Positions 51,692 through 63,095 of a DNA stretch of 64,000 nt are shown piece by piece; within the stretch, counting starts at the first letter, position 1; each line of letters opens with the position of its first letter. The DNA lies in contig JBKCOJ010000015.1 in assembly GCA_046309815.1 (NCBI GenBank), positions 43 through 64,042 of the forward strand. Reading direction: 5' to 3'. A program made the position numbers and the translations under genes. This DNA comes from Pseudomonadota bacterium (lineage in GTDB: Bacteria; Pseudomonadota; Alphaproteobacteria; Paracaedibacterales; CAITNM01). Below the pieces are notes generated by a model that saw only the letters and a program-made list of their open reading frames with translations, was not told the origin of the DNA and ran no database searches.

Positions 51692-53110
51692 ATGCGAGCA
51701 TTCTTTGATTTTCTAAAGCACCACCAAATTGAATTTATTGATTTTAGATTTACCGATATACGTGGCACTTGGCACCATATGACCTATCCTACAAGCGCTG
51801 CAGATGAAGATCTGTGCATGAACGGTATACTTTTTGATGGATCATCCATTGCTGGATGGTGCGCAATTAATGAATCTGACATGTTATTAAAGCCAGATTT
51901 TGGCGCTGATTTAAGCGATGTGCGTTTGGACCCATTTTCGTCTTACCCAACCGCGATTGTTGTTTGTGATGTATATCACCCTCAATCAGGAAAGCCTTAT
52001 GAAAAGGATCCAAGCCAAGTGGCGAAAAATTGCATGAAATACTTGCAAAGCACTGGCCTTGCGGATGAAGCATTTTTTGGCCCAGAAGCAGAGTTTTTCA
52101 TTTTTGATGGCGTAAGATTTCAAGCATGCGCAGAGAAAACATTTTACGAACTTCAATCTGATGAATTCCCTAGCCAAAATGGAGCATCATTTGAAAAAGA
52201 TTTGATACAAAATCATGGCTATCGCCCTGGACCTAAAGGTGGCTATTTTCCTGTTCAGCCAGTAGATTCTGTGCAAGATATGCGCTCTGAGATGTTGCTT
52301 AAATTAGCTGAAATGGGTTTAAAGGCTGAAAAGCACCATCACGAAGTTGCACCAGCTCAACACGAATTAGGAATTGTCTTTAACACCCTTGTAAGGATTG
52401 CTGACGAATTGCAAATTTACAAATACGTGGTACGAAACGTTGCGCATTTATACGGAAAAACAGCTACGTTTATGCCGAAACCTGTGTTTGGTGATAATGG
52501 TTCGGGTATGCATGTGCATCAAAGCCTGTGGAAAGGCTCTCAACCTTTGTTTAGCGGAGACAAATACGCAGGGCTTTCTGAGACAGCATTGTTTTATATT
52601 GGTGGTATCTTAAAACATGCAAAAAGTTTAAATGCATTTACCAACCCAACAACAAATAGTTACAAGCGCCTTGTTCCAGGGTATGAAGCACCTGTTATTT
52701 GCGCCTATTCCGCGCAAAATCGTTCAGCCGCTTGCCGTATTCCGGTGGTGAGTTCACCAAAGGCAAAGCGTGTTGAAGTACGTTTCCCTGATGCAACAGC
52801 GAATCCTTATCTTGCGTTTTCAGCAATGCTATTGGCAGGTCTTGATGGTATTCAAAACAAGATTCATCCAGGTGATTCTCATGATATTGATTTGTTTGAG
52901 GAAAAAGATGTGGCAAAGAAATTGCCAACGGTGAGCGGAAGTTTATGCGAATCATTAAAAGCATTAGAAAACGATCATGAATACCTAACAAAGGGCAATG
53001 TGTTTTCTAAAGAATTGATTGAGTCACATTTGGAAATGAAGTGGAAGGAACACTATCGCCTTGCGCACCATCCGCATCCGTTGGAATTTGAATTGTATTA
53101 TAATTCGTAA
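51692..53110 (+). CDS. glnA: glutamine synthetase type I
   Basis: FDGSSI, HHHEVA, FMPKP, NGSGMH, RLVPGYEAP. Confidence 0.98.
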   Translation: MRAFFDFLKHHQIEFIDFRFTDIRGTWHHMTYPTSAADEDLCMNGILFDGSSIAGWCAINESDMLLKPDFGADLSDVRLDPFSSYPTAIVVCDVYHPQSGKPYEKDPSQVAKNCMKYLQSTGLADEAFFGPEAEFFIFDGVRFQACAEKTFYELQSDEFPSQNGASFEKDLIQNHGYRPGPKGGYFPVQPVDSVQDMRSEMLLKLAEMGLKAEKHHHEVAPAQHELGIVFNTLVRIADELQIYKYVVRNVAHLYGKTATFMPKPVFGDNGSGMHVHQSLWKGSQPLFSGDKYAGLSETALFYIGGILKHAKSLNAFTNPTTNSYKRLVPGYEAPVICAYSAQNRSAACRIPVVSSPKAKRVEVRFPDATANPYLAFSAMLLAGLDGIQNKIHPGDSHDIDLFEEKDVAKKLPTVSGSLCESLKALENDHEYLTKGNVFSKELIESHLEMKWKEHYRLAHHPHPLEFELYYNS

Positions 53111-53113
53111 GAT

Positions 53114-53623
53114 ATGCAGTATTCCATACGTCCTTCTACACTTGATGATGCAAAAGATATTGTTGGTGTGCAAATTCGTGGTTGGAAACACACTTACAAA
53201 GGAATCATTGACCAAAGTTATCTAGACAATATTTCCCCGCAAAAGCGACTTGAAGGAAGAATTCAATACAGCCAAAAATCCACATTCTGGGGCTTTGTTG
53301 CAGTGCACGATGAGAAAATTATTGGCATGTGCGATGTTGGGTATTCTAGACATTCTCAATTTGGCAAAGGTGAAGTATTTGCCATGTATGTAGATCAAGA
53401 GCATCAGCGAAAAGGGGTGGGCAAACTGTTGTGGGAAGCTGCTGCCCACAAACTTCAAGAAGAAAATCTTATTCCGTACATTGTGATAGCATTGGAGAAA
53501 AATCTTGCTGCACGAAATTTTTATGAAAAATTAGACGGCCGTATTTGCGGAAATATCAAAACAGAAATTGATGGAAAACTTTATGATGAAGTTGTGCATC
53601 GGTTTAGTACGATAGTATCGTAA
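53114..53623 (+). CDS. GNAT family N-acetyltransferase
   Basis: YVDQEHQRKGVGKLL, NLAARNFYEK. Confidence 0.9.
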   Translation: MQYSIRPSTLDDAKDIVGVQIRGWKHTYKGIIDQSYLDNISPQKRLEGRIQYSQKSTFWGFVAVHDEKIIGMCDVGYSRHSQFGKGEVFAMYVDQEHQRKGVGKLLWEAAAHKLQEENLIPYIVIALEKNLAARNFYEKLDGRICGNIKTEIDGKLYDEVVHRFSTIVS

Positions 53624-53628
53624 AGCTA

Positions 53629-54246
53629 ATGATTAAATTCATCACTGCAGATACACAAATAGAATACTCAGACGCTGTGCATTTCATGCAGAAAACTATT
53701 GAGGGTATTCGTCAAGGCAATGTGGAAGTGATTTGGTTTTTGGAGCATCCGGCCTTGTATACGGCAGGAACGAGCGCTAAAAATGAAGATTTGTTAAATG
53801 CTTCTTTGCCTATTTTTGAAACACAACGCGGTGGTAAGCATACGTATCATGGCCCCGGGCAGCTTGTTGTGTATGTGATGCTCGATCTTAAAAAACGTGG
53901 TAATGATGTGCGCTTGTTTGTGCAAGCGTTGGAAGAGTGGATCATCAGTACTTTAAAAACTTTTGGATTATGTGGCGTTAGAAAGCCAGGACGAATTGGC
54001 GTTTGGTTAGATGATGAAAAAGGTGAGAGCAAAATTGCTGCCATTGGTGTTCGCGTGACTCATGGCATTACCTGGCATGGATTATCGCTTAACGTACATC
54101 CTGATCTTATGCATTATCAAGGAATTGTCCCATGTGGATTAAAAGAATTTCCGGTAACGTCTTTGAAAGCAGAAGGCATCGATGTTCCCATATCAGAAGT
54201 TATTGAAGCTATGCAACGTAATCTTCCAGATTTTTTTCACGCTTAA
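53629..54246 (+). CDS. lipB: lipoyl(octanoyl) transferase
   Basis: LEHPALYTAG, RGGKHTYHGPGQ, KIAAIG, IVPCG. Confidence 0.96.
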   Translation: MIKFITADTQIEYSDAVHFMQKTIEGIRQGNVEVIWFLEHPALYTAGTSAKNEDLLNASLPIFETQRGGKHTYHGPGQLVVYVMLDLKKRGNDVRLFVQALEEWIISTLKTFGLCGVRKPGRIGVWLDDEKGESKIAAIGVRVTHGITWHGLSLNVHPDLMHYQGIVPCGLKEFPVTSLKAEGIDVPISEVIEAMQRNLPDFFHA

Positions 54247-54358
54247 AAATTCAAAAAAATCACTGTATAATGAGCGCATAAGAAATAACGCATAATTTAG
54301 CAGTCTTGCTTTATTGCTAAAATTATAGTAATTAAAAAGCGATTTTAGGTAATTTTAT

Positions 54359-54790
54359 ATGCATATCAATATTAAGAATTTAAAAAATGTTCCTCTACCT
54401 ACTCATGCAACTGATGATAGTGCGGGAGTAGATTTAACAGCAGCCATTGATGCTCCGATTATTTTAGGACCAGGTAAAAGAACGCTTGTACCAACAGGTC
54501 TTGCTATTGGCCTACCAAAAGGATATGAGGCGCAAATCCGCCCGAGATCAGGACTTGCAATAAAGCATGGTATTTCGATTTTGAATACACCAGGAACAAT
54601 TGATGCGGATTATCGTGGTGAGATTATTGCGATTGTCATTAATCATGGCGAAGAATCTTTTGTAATTGAGCCAGGTATGCGTATTGCGCAAATGGTAATT
54701 TCAGCCTATGAACGCATTTCTTGGAATGAAGTGGAAGATCTCGATGATACTACACGAGGTCACAATAGATTTGGCTCAACAGGATGTTAA
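54359..54790 (+). CDS. dut: dUTP diphosphatase
   Basis: [31 protein letters not shown]. Confidence 0.97.
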   Translation: MHINIKNLKNVPLPTHATDDSAGVDLTAAIDAPIILGPGKRTLVPTGLAIGLPKGYEAQIRPRSGLAIKHGISILNTPGTIDADYRGEIIAIVINHGEESFVIEPGMRIAQMVISAYERISWNEVEDLDDTTRGHNRFGSTGC

Positions 54791-55260
54791 CCCGTTTTCT
54801 TTTTGTATTAATTTTTAGCACCTCTTGGGCAAATCAACCACATCCCTTACCAAGATTTGCGTCATTACGCTCAAATTCAGCACATATGCATGTAGGACCC
54901 GGGAATAATTACCCTATTGAATGGCGATTTGTGCGCCAAGGTCTACCGATAGAAATCATTGCAGAGTTTGATACATGGCGGCGCATTCGTGATCATCAGG
55001 GAACAGAAGGATGGGTACATCAAAGCCTTCTTAGTGGAAAGAGAACCATTATTATTATGGGGAATGTGCAAAATATTTATTCTAAACCTGATGAGCAATC
55101 GGATATTGTTGCACGCGCTGAGCCTGGAGTTGTCGCAACCGTCATTGAAACACAAGCCAATTGGTGCAAAATCGAGGTTCGTAATGATCAAGGCCGTTTT
55201 AAAGGCTGGGTGTCTCGCCAGCAAGTCTGGGGCCTCTATGCAAATGAGATAAAGGTTTAA
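54784..55260 (+). CDS. bacterial SH3 domain protein
   Basis: [11 protein letters not shown]...[23 protein letters not shown]. Confidence 0.88.
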   Translation: MLTRFLFVLIFSTSWANQPHPLPRFASLRSNSAHMHVGPGNNYPIEWRFVRQGLPIEIIAEFDTWRRIRDHQGTEGWVHQSLLSGKRTIIIMGNVQNIYSKPDEQSDIVARAEPGVVATVIETQANWCKIEVRNDQGRFKGWVSRQQVWGLYANEIKV

Positions 55261-55263
55261 AAG

Positions 55264-56940
55264 CTAAATTTTACCCAACTTCACAACGGAGAAGTTTTTA
55301 AAATCATCTTCATGTTGATGAGAAATAATTAACATTGCTACTGCCGGTAAAGATTCTTGTAAAATACCCATTAGATGAATAGCTGTTTTATGATCAAGAT
55401 TAGATATTGGTTCATCCATAATAAGCCATTCAGGCTTATGTAGCAGAACACGCACAAAATTTACCCGCTGTTGCTCGCCGAGTGAAAGGCGATTTTGCCA
55501 ATCATCTATTTCTTCTAATGAATCTATTAAATGATCTAATTGACAAGCTTTCATCGACTCTTTTAAAGATTGATCATCAAAAAATTCACTTGGATAACTT
55601 AGAACTTGTCGCAAAGAGCCTAAAGGCATATACGGACGCTGAGGCAAAATAAACAATTCATTAGCACTAGGCGCAGTAATCCTTCCCCTGAAATATGGAT
55701 AAATTCCTGCAAGCACTCTAACTAGACTGGTTTTTCCTAGACCAGAAGCACCTTTTAATAAAACACGATCACCTCTATTAAGAGTAAAATTTGCTAATTT
55801 CAATATAATAGACTGATTAGGGCTTAGAATAGTTAGGTCTTTAATCTGAATATTGGTGCCAGCTTGAGGTTTATTCACATAAGTACTTTTTACCTGAGTT
55901 AAGCTATCTTCAAAGGTATGTATCCGTTTTATTGATGCTAACCATCCTGCAATCTGTATATATGACTGCATAAATAAATTAAGGGACCCAACAACTTCAG
56001 CAAACACGCCACGAATTTGCATCAATATACCAAGCGTTATAGCACCGGAAAAATATCTACTTCCGACAATCATTAAAGGTATAAAAAGCTGACCATTAAG
56101 ATGAAAATTTTGAAATATATTAATATAAATGGTTTGTTGTAAAACTTTATAAAAGTTGGCAGTTATTGCGGAGAAGCCTTCTTTTAAACGATTTTTTTCA
56201 AATAATTCTCCCTGAAGCTTTACAATTTCTTCTCGGCGTTCACGAATACGTACTAAATGATAGCGAAAATTTGCTTCTAGCTTTTCAGATATAATATCAA
56301 AACCAATAAGAGGACGACCAACTTTCAGTACCACGATAATCCCAAATAATGCATACAAAAGTGCAGCCCAAACTAAGGAACCATAGACAGGAAGAGAATA
56401 ATTAAAAATTTTAAAATAGATTATATCGGAAAGATTCCACAAGATAATAGCGAACGTAACAAAATTAATTCCTTCTCTAAAGAAGTTCATAAATAAAGTT
56501 ACTGTTAAATTTGTATATTGGTTAATATCGTGCGCAATTCGCTGATCTGGGTTATCTGTATCCCCTGATAAAAAATGGATTTTATAATAGGCATTTTCCT
56601 CGAACCATTGATTAGATAATTTTTCTGTTAACCAACGACGCCAACGAAAACCGTACCACATAACAAAATATGCACGAGTACATGCCTCAAAGAGAAAGAT
56701 AGCAACAAGAATAAAAAATACACGAATTAAACGAAAAAATTCCGGTAAATTTTTCTGCTCAAGCGCATTAAAAAAATCTCTCGACCAGTCATTTAGAATT
56801 ACCCCGATATACACCGACAGAATGCTGAGAATTACTAAGAAAAGTACTCCAACCCACGCTAATTTTTTTTCTTCTGATCTCCACCAAGGTTTTATTAATG
56901 ACCAGACTTCTTTAAATCCAACATTTGAAGACGATGTCAT
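55264..56940 (-). CDS. ABC transporter permease/ATPase fusion (YddA/BclA/ABCD-like)
   Basis: DNPDQRI, EANFR, GASGLGKT, LSLGEQQR. Confidence 0.9.
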   Translation of the reverse strand: MTSSSNVGFKEVWSLIKPWWRSEEKKLAWVGVLFLVILSILSVYIGVILNDWSRDFFNALEQKNLPEFFRLIRVFFILVAIFLFEACTRAYFVMWYGFRWRRWLTEKLSNQWFEENAYYKIHFLSGDTDNPDQRIAHDINQYTNLTVTLFMNFFREGINFVTFAIILWNLSDIIYFKIFNYSLPVYGSLVWAALLYALFGIIVVLKVGRPLIGFDIISEKLEANFRYHLVRIRERREEIVKLQGELFEKNRLKEGFSAITANFYKVLQQTIYINIFQNFHLNGQLFIPLMIVGSRYFSGAITLGILMQIRGVFAEVVGSLNLFMQSYIQIAGWLASIKRIHTFEDSLTQVKSTYVNKPQAGTNIQIKDLTILSPNQSIILKLANFTLNRGDRVLLKGASGLGKTSLVRVLAGIYPYFRGRITAPSANELFILPQRPYMPLGSLRQVLSYPSEFFDDQSLKESMKACQLDHLIDSLEEIDDWQNRLSLGEQQRVNFVRVLLHKPEWLIMDEPISNLDHKTAIHLMGILQESLPAVAMLIISHQHEDDFKNFSVVKLGKI

Positions 56941-58749
56941 CTAATCATCATCCATCTTCAGCGCTGCAATAAAGGCACTTTGTGGAATTTCAACGTTTCC
57001 AAACTGTCTCATACGCTTTTTACCCGCTTTTTGCTTATCAAGAAGCTTACGTTTACGACTAATGTCACCGCCATAACATTTAGCTAACACGTCTTTACGA
57101 AGCGCCGAAACAGTTTCACGAGCAATAATTTTTCCACCAATAGCTGCTTGAATAGCGATTTTGAAAAGTTGGCGTGGAATCAAATCTTTTAATCGCGTAC
57201 ATAATACTCTTCCACGACTTTCTGCGCGGGATTTATGGACGATCATGCTAAGCGCATCAACTGGTTCTGCGTTTACTAAAATAGAAACCTTTACCAATTC
57301 TCCTTCTCGGTATTCTTCCATTTGATAGTCAAAAGATGCATAACCACGACTAATAGACTTTAAGCGATCATAAAAATCAAACACGATTTCATTTAATGGC
57401 AGACGATACACAACCATCGCGCGATTGCCTGCATAAGTTAAATCAACTTGCTCACCGCGACGCTCTGAACATAATGTTAAAACAGAGCCTAAAAATTCAT
57501 CAGGAACCATTATTGTTGCTTTAATCCAGGGTTCTTCAATAAGCTCTATTTTTACGACATCTGGCATATCGGTTGGATTATGCAGCTCTAAAATCTCACC
57601 ATTTTTCATGTGAATTTTATACACAACACTTGGAGCCGTTGTAATAAGATCTAGATTAAATTCGCGTTCCAGACGCTCTTGAATAATTTCAAGATGTAGT
57701 AAGCCTAAAAAGCCGCAACGGAACCCATAGCCTAATGCTGCTGATGTCTCCGCTTCGAAATGAAAACTTGCATCATTTAAATGAAGTTTGGCCAAGCTGT
57801 CACGCAAATGCTCAAATTCGGCCGCATCGGATGGAAAAAGACCACAAAAAACAACAGGCACTGAAGGCTTGAAGCCAGTTAAGGCTTCTGATGTAGGTTT
57901 TTTTTCATCGGTAATTGTATCACCCACCTTACAATCAGCCACGCTTTTTATACTAGCTGTAATAAAACCAACTTCTCCTGGGTGAAGTTCTTTTATAAGC
58001 TCTTGCTTTGGCGTAAAAAAACCAACGCGATCAACATCGTAGGCTGCATTAGCATTCATCATTTTAATTTTTTGACCAACTTTTAGCACGCCTTCCATAA
58101 TACGCACTAAAATAATCACTCCCAGATATGGATCGTACCAACTATCAACTAGCATCGCCTTTAAAGGTTTATTGATCGCATCGGTATCATTGGCATTACG
58201 TGGAGGAGGTAGCCTGTGCACGATAGCCTCTAAAACATCTTGGATTCCTAAACCGGTTTTTGCCGATATAAGCACAGCTTCCGAAGCATCTAGGCCTATG
58301 ACGTCTTCAATTTGCTGTTTCACACGCTCTGGCTCTGCTGCTGGTAAATCTATTTTATTAAGAACCGGTACAATTTCATGATTGTTATCAATAGCTTGAT
58401 AAACGTTCGCAAGTGTTTGTGCTTCAACGCCTTGGCTTGCATCAACCACTAACAGTGATCCCTCACAAGCAGCCAAAGAACGGCTCACTTCATAGGCAAA
58501 ATCCACATGCCCTGGGGTATCCATTAAGTTAAGAAAATACATCTGACCATCTTTGGCTTTGTATTTTAACCGCACGGTTTGTGCTTTAATTGTGATTCCA
58601 CGCTCTCTCTCGATATCCATGGAATCAAGAATTTGATCTTTCATCTCACGTGTTTCAACGCCACCACAAAATTCAATGATGCGATCTGCCAGGGTTGATT
58701 TTCCGTGATCGATGTGAGCAACAATTGAAAAATTTCGAATATTTTTCAC
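56941..58749 (-). CDS. lepA: elongation factor 4
   Basis: [30 protein letters not shown]. Confidence 0.99.
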   Translation of the reverse strand: MKNIRNFSIVAHIDHGKSTLADRIIEFCGGVETREMKDQILDSMDIERERGITIKAQTVRLKYKAKDGQMYFLNLMDTPGHVDFAYEVSRSLAACEGSLLVVDASQGVEAQTLANVYQAIDNNHEIVPVLNKIDLPAAEPERVKQQIEDVIGLDASEAVLISAKTGLGIQDVLEAIVHRLPPPRNANDTDAINKPLKAMLVDSWYDPYLGVIILVRIMEGVLKVGQKIKMMNANAAYDVDRVGFFTPKQELIKELHPGEVGFITASIKSVADCKVGDTITDEKKPTSEALTGFKPSVPVVFCGLFPSDAAEFEHLRDSLAKLHLNDASFHFEAETSAALGYGFRCGFLGLLHLEIIQERLEREFNLDLITTAPSVVYKIHMKNGEILELHNPTDMPDVVKIELIEEPWIKATIMVPDEFLGSVLTLCSERRGEQVDLTYAGNRAMVVYRLPLNEIVFDFYDRLKSISRGYASFDYQMEEYREGELVKVSILVNAEPVDALSMIVHKSRAESRGRVLCTRLKDLIPRQLFKIAIQAAIGGKIIARETVSALRKDVLAKCYGGDISRKRKLLDKQKAGKKRMRQFGNVEIPQSAFIAALKMDDD

Positions 58750-58937
58750 TTCATTAATAACAATAATAGAAACAGCATAATACTAAGGCCTTGCAACGCA
58801 ACACGCAAGCGCATAAAACGATTGCTAAGCTGCACATGGTTTGTTTGTTTCAAAAACATTGTTCTTAAACCAAGCAATAATGCTAAAATAGTACCCGTTA
58901 ACGAAATAAAAAATAAAATTTCTATCATGTCCTTCAT
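58746..58937 (-). CDS. HIG1-domain small twin-TM protein
   Basis: GLRTM...[12 protein letters not shown]. Confidence 0.8.
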   Translation of the reverse strand: MKDMIEILFFISLTGTILALLLGLRTMFLKQTNHVQLSNRFMRLRVALQGLSIMLFLLLLLMK

Positions 58938-59135
58938 AGTAAAACCTTACCACGCATACGTAGTATTAGCCATAAATTCAATGATCGTTCAAAAATAATA
59001 CTTTTTATTGTAATTAAAAACTTAACAACGCATAAATTAAGAAACTTCCGTTAAGATTATTTACTTTTTGATTAACTTTATCATTGTGTGCTAGTATTCC
59101 CTGGTTATGTTGAAAAAAGTAATTTTGGAAAGTTC

Positions 59136-60443
59136 ATGTCATCAGCATTAAATAAAGTCAAAAACCAAAATATCAAGGATACAAATTCGGAAGAATTTTC
59201 AGGATCCCCTAAAGCTTGGTTTATATTGGCATGTGGCTGGGCATTTTATCTCTACGAATACATTTTACGCGCATCAACAAGCGTAATCACCAATGAACTT
59301 ATGGTTGATTTTGGAATTTCTGCTAGTGCGGTAGGTGCTTTAGCTGCTTTTTATTACTTCGCTTATGTACCTCTGCAAATCCCTTGCGGGGTTATTGCAG
59401 ATAAGTTTGGACCACGAAAAGTTGTGACAACTTCTGCATTACTATGCATTTTAGGCTCTATCATATTTGCAAAAAGTACAACCATAGCAAATGCGCAAAT
59501 CGGACGATTTATGATAGGTGCAGGATCTGCATGCGCCTATATTTGTTGCATGAAAATAGCTTCTGTTTGGTTTAGAAAATCAAGCTTCGCTTTTATTGCT
59601 GGAATTTCCATGATGATGGGAACATTTGGCGGCATTTTTGGAGGCAAGCCTTTTGCACATCTTGCTAACACGCAAGGTTGGCGATCAGCAATGATCATTG
59701 CCGCTATTGTTGGATGCGTTGTAATGGTAATAGCATGGCTTGTGATACGCGACAAGCCGGAAGGAAAAAAATCAATCCCGCATGAAGGTGGATTGCTAGA
59801 TGGTCTCAAAATCATTGCAGCAAAACCTCAAAATTGGTTGATTGGATTATATGGCTGCATGATGTATTTGCCTTTATCTGCATTTGCTGAATTATGGGGC
59901 GTACCTTATTTAATGCAACGTTTTTCAATAACTAATGAGACAGCTTCTTATGGTTCAATCATGGTATTTATTGGATATGCTGTTGGGTGTCTTTTTAGTG
60001 CTAAACTTTCAGATCGTTGGCATAGCCGTAGAAAAGTAATGGCTTTGTCCGCTAGCGGTACATTTATTGGATTTTCGGCGGTGCTATTTTTACCTAACTT
60101 ATCCTTTGATGCAATTTTAGGCGCGTTATTTTTATCTGGTGTCGTTTCAGGCCTTTCAATTTTGTATTTCCCCGCTGCAAAAGAAAATAATCCAACAAAA
60201 TACAGCGCGACTTCCGTTGGGTTTACCAATGCTTTTGTGATGGTTAGCGGTCTAGTTTTTCAGCCATTGCTAGGTGCATTAATTGACTATTCATGGGATG
60301 GAAATTTTGATGCAAGTGGAACACCCGTTTATGCTTTTAAAGATTATCAATTTTCTTTAACCGCCGTTATATTTGCTTTATTAATTGGCCGCATTATTGT
60401 TTTCTTCATTCAAGAAACTTACAAAAAAGAAAAGCTCTCATAA
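59136..60443 (+). CDS. MFS transporter (paralog 1)
   Basis: about 12 TMs; motif A GVIADKFGPRK; FYLYEYILR. Confidence 0.92.
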   Translation: MSSALNKVKNQNIKDTNSEEFSGSPKAWFILACGWAFYLYEYILRASTSVITNELMVDFGISASAVGALAAFYYFAYVPLQIPCGVIADKFGPRKVVTTSALLCILGSIIFAKSTTIANAQIGRFMIGAGSACAYICCMKIASVWFRKSSFAFIAGISMMMGTFGGIFGGKPFAHLANTQGWRSAMIIAAIVGCVVMVIAWLVIRDKPEGKKSIPHEGGLLDGLKIIAAKPQNWLIGLYGCMMYLPLSAFAELWGVPYLMQRFSITNETASYGSIMVFIGYAVGCLFSAKLSDRWHSRRKVMALSASGTFIGFSAVLFLPNLSFDAILGALFLSGVVSGLSILYFPAAKENNPTKYSATSVGFTNAFVMVSGLVFQPLLGALIDYSWDGNFDASGTPVYAFKDYQFSLTAVIFALLIGRIIVFFIQETYKKEKLS

Positions 60444-60492
60444 TATCTGTGTTGCTTTACCATCGCTATAGATAATTAGGAAAGAGTGATCC

Positions 60493-61779
60493 GTGGCAAA
60501 AAAAATTAATAAAGAAAATGTGAAAAATCAAAAAAAAGCACTTCTTGCGCAAGCATGGGCAATCCTTAGTTGTGGTTGGGCGTTCTACTTATACGAATAT
60601 ATCTTAAGAGTTTCCCCAACGGTCATTACCAATGAGTTAATGTCCCAATTCAACATTACTGCTTTTACGGTTGGCTCCCTAGCTTCTTTTTATTATTGGT
60701 CATATGTTCCCATGCAAATTCCTTGTGGGGTTATTGTTGATAGACTAGGGCCTAGAAAGGTTGTTACTTTTTCAACAATACTCTGTGTGCTTGGGACAAT
60801 TTTATTTTCGCAAAGCGATTCTCTAACCATTGCTTATATCGGGCGCTTTATTGTTGGAGCTGGCTCAGCTTGTGCCTATTTATCGTGTTTAAAAGTTGCT
60901 TCTGATTGGTTTAAGCCTTCTTATTTTCCTTTAATTGTAGGCGCTTCCATGATGATGGGAACGCTAGGAGGCATTTTCGGAAGCAAACCTTTTGCGATCT
61001 TAGTAAACGACTTTGGTTGGCGTCATGCTATGCTTATAGCGGCAGCTATTGGAGCTATTATTGGAGTAATTTGCTGGTTTGTTATGCATGACAAAGTAGA
61101 TGAAAAGCAAAAAAGTAAAGAAACAGAGCTTTTAATTGGCATAAAGAATATCTCTCGCAAATCACAAAATTGGCTAATTGGTTTGTATGGCTGTCTTGTA
61201 TATATTCCTCTGGCTGCGTTTGCAGACTTATGGGGCGTACCTTATTTTATGAAGCGTTATGGCCTAAATAATGAAGCAGCATCTACAGGCACCATTGTTA
61301 TTTATCTTGGAATAGCGTTAGGCTGCTTAGCCACTGCTGCTTTATCAAAAAAATTAAGAAGCAGAAAAAGGGTTATGTCTTTTTCATCAACCATCACTTT
61401 TCTTGGCTTTGTAGCAGCACTACACTTTCCTGGTTTGTCATACAATGAGGTTCTGTGCGTGCTGTTTATCACTGGGATAGCTTCTGGCTTATCAATTCTT
61501 TATTTCGCCGTAGCAAAAGAGAGCAATTCACTAAAATATACAGCAACCACTGTCGGTTTTATTAATGCACTTGTTATGATTTGCCCGATTATTTTTCAGC
61601 CATTACTAGGAGGCTTGATTGATTATTCTTGGGGCGGATCGTTTCATTCAGATGGAACCCCTGCTTATTCCTTAGAAGATTACAGCTTCGCCTTATCTGC
61701 TGTTCTTTTCGGCTTACTACTCAGTAGAATTCTTGTCTTTTTCATTCACGAAACATACACAAATACACAGGAGGCTTAA
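60493..61779 (+). CDS. MFS transporter (paralog 2)
   Basis: GVIVDRLGPRK; FYLYEYILR. Confidence 0.92.
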   Translation: MAKKINKENVKNQKKALLAQAWAILSCGWAFYLYEYILRVSPTVITNELMSQFNITAFTVGSLASFYYWSYVPMQIPCGVIVDRLGPRKVVTFSTILCVLGTILFSQSDSLTIAYIGRFIVGAGSACAYLSCLKVASDWFKPSYFPLIVGASMMMGTLGGIFGSKPFAILVNDFGWRHAMLIAAAIGAIIGVICWFVMHDKVDEKQKSKETELLIGIKNISRKSQNWLIGLYGCLVYIPLAAFADLWGVPYFMKRYGLNNEAASTGTIVIYLGIALGCLATAALSKKLRSRKRVMSFSSTITFLGFVAALHFPGLSYNEVLCVLFITGIASGLSILYFAVAKESNSLKYTATTVGFINALVMICPIIFQPLLGGLIDYSWGGSFHSDGTPAYSLEDYSFALSAVLFGLLLSRILVFFIHETYTNTQEA

Positions 61780-61781
61780 AA

Positions 61782-63095
61782 GTGAAACGTTTAGGAGTTG
61801 ATAAATCCTTTAAACAAAAAATCCAGCCAACGAACACAAATCGGAAACCTATAACTATTAATGCTTGGGCCGTTTGGGTGGCTGCTGCAATTTTTTATTG
61901 GTACGAAATGATACTGCGAGCTGGCGCCAGCGTTATGGCACAGGGCATTATGGATACCTTTACCATTAATGCTACTCAGCTAGGGTTACTGACCTCTTTT
62001 TATTATTACTCATATGTCTTATTGCAAGTTCCTAGCGGCATGCTACTTGATAAAATTGGCCCCAGGTTTGTTATTACATTTTCATGCATTCTATGTACGA
62101 TTGGGAGCTGGTTTTTTGCCACAACCACAAGTCTCGCAACTGCTGAAATCTCCAGATTTGTAGTAGGCGCTGGTTCTGCGTGCGCTTTTGTTGCCTGCTT
62201 AAAACTGGCTAGTGATTGGTTTTCGCCAGCACGCTTTGCATTCATCGCAGGGTTAACAAATATGCTTGGCACGTTGGGAGGAACATTTGCTGGCGTCCCA
62301 TTAGCGAAGCTGGTTAATCATACAACTTGGCAGCAAGCAACAATATGGCTTGCCTATGCGGGCGTCATTGTAACAACTCTCTGCTGGGTGCTTATTCGCA
62401 ATAAACCAAAAAATAAAAACGCAGATACACTAGAACCAACAGTTCGCTTACGGAAATCTTTAATGATTCTAGCGTTTGATAAACAAATAATTTTGGCAGC
62501 AGCTATAGGTGGATTAATGTATGTGCCTGTTTCTTCCTTTGCAGAACTGTGGGCCGTTCCTTTTTTGATGAATTCCCTTGCCATAAATAATGAGTGGGCT
62601 TCTTTTGCGAATACGATGATATTCATTGGTATGGCTGTTGGCAGCCCCATTATTGCAAAGTTAGCTTTCAAACAAAAAAGTTATATCAAGCTTATGAAAG
62701 TATCAGCAATTGCTTGTGCTGTATGTTTCTTGATAGGGTCTTATGCGCAAAGCATTGGATATTTTCCAACTCTTATTGCATTATTTGTAGGTGGACTTTG
62801 GCTTGGTGGTCAAGTTTTGTGCTTTAGCGTTGTAAAAGAACGCGTACCCAATCAAGCAAGCGGCACAGCAATGGCGTACACTAATGCGATTGTCATGCTA
62901 AGCGGGGTTATATTTCAACCTATGATGGGATGGCTTTTAGATAGAGGCTGGACAGGTGATTTAGATGGAGCTGGTACAAGAATTTATTCTGCTGCAGATT
63001 ATCATCAAGCAGTGCTAGCTGTTCCCGCTTGTTTAGCGCTTAGCTGGCTGTTATTAAAATTGTGTAAAGATACTCACCCAAAGCTTAACTACTAA
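61782..63095 (+). CDS. MFS transporter (paralog 3)
   Basis: GMLLDKIGPR; FYWYEMILR. Confidence 0.92.
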   Translation: MKRLGVDKSFKQKIQPTNTNRKPITINAWAVWVAAAIFYWYEMILRAGASVMAQGIMDTFTINATQLGLLTSFYYYSYVLLQVPSGMLLDKIGPRFVITFSCILCTIGSWFFATTTSLATAEISRFVVGAGSACAFVACLKLASDWFSPARFAFIAGLTNMLGTLGGTFAGVPLAKLVNHTTWQQATIWLAYAGVIVTTLCWVLIRNKPKNKNADTLEPTVRLRKSLMILAFDKQIILAAAIGGLMYVPVSSFAELWAVPFLMNSLAINNEWASFANTMIFIGMAVGSPIIAKLAFKQKSYIKLMKVSAIACAVCFLIGSYAQSIGYFPTLIALFVGGLWLGGQVLCFSVVKERVPNQASGTAMAYTNAIVMLSGVIFQPMMGWLLDRGWTGDLDGAGTRIYSAADYHQAVLAVPACLALSWLLLKLCKDTHPKLNY

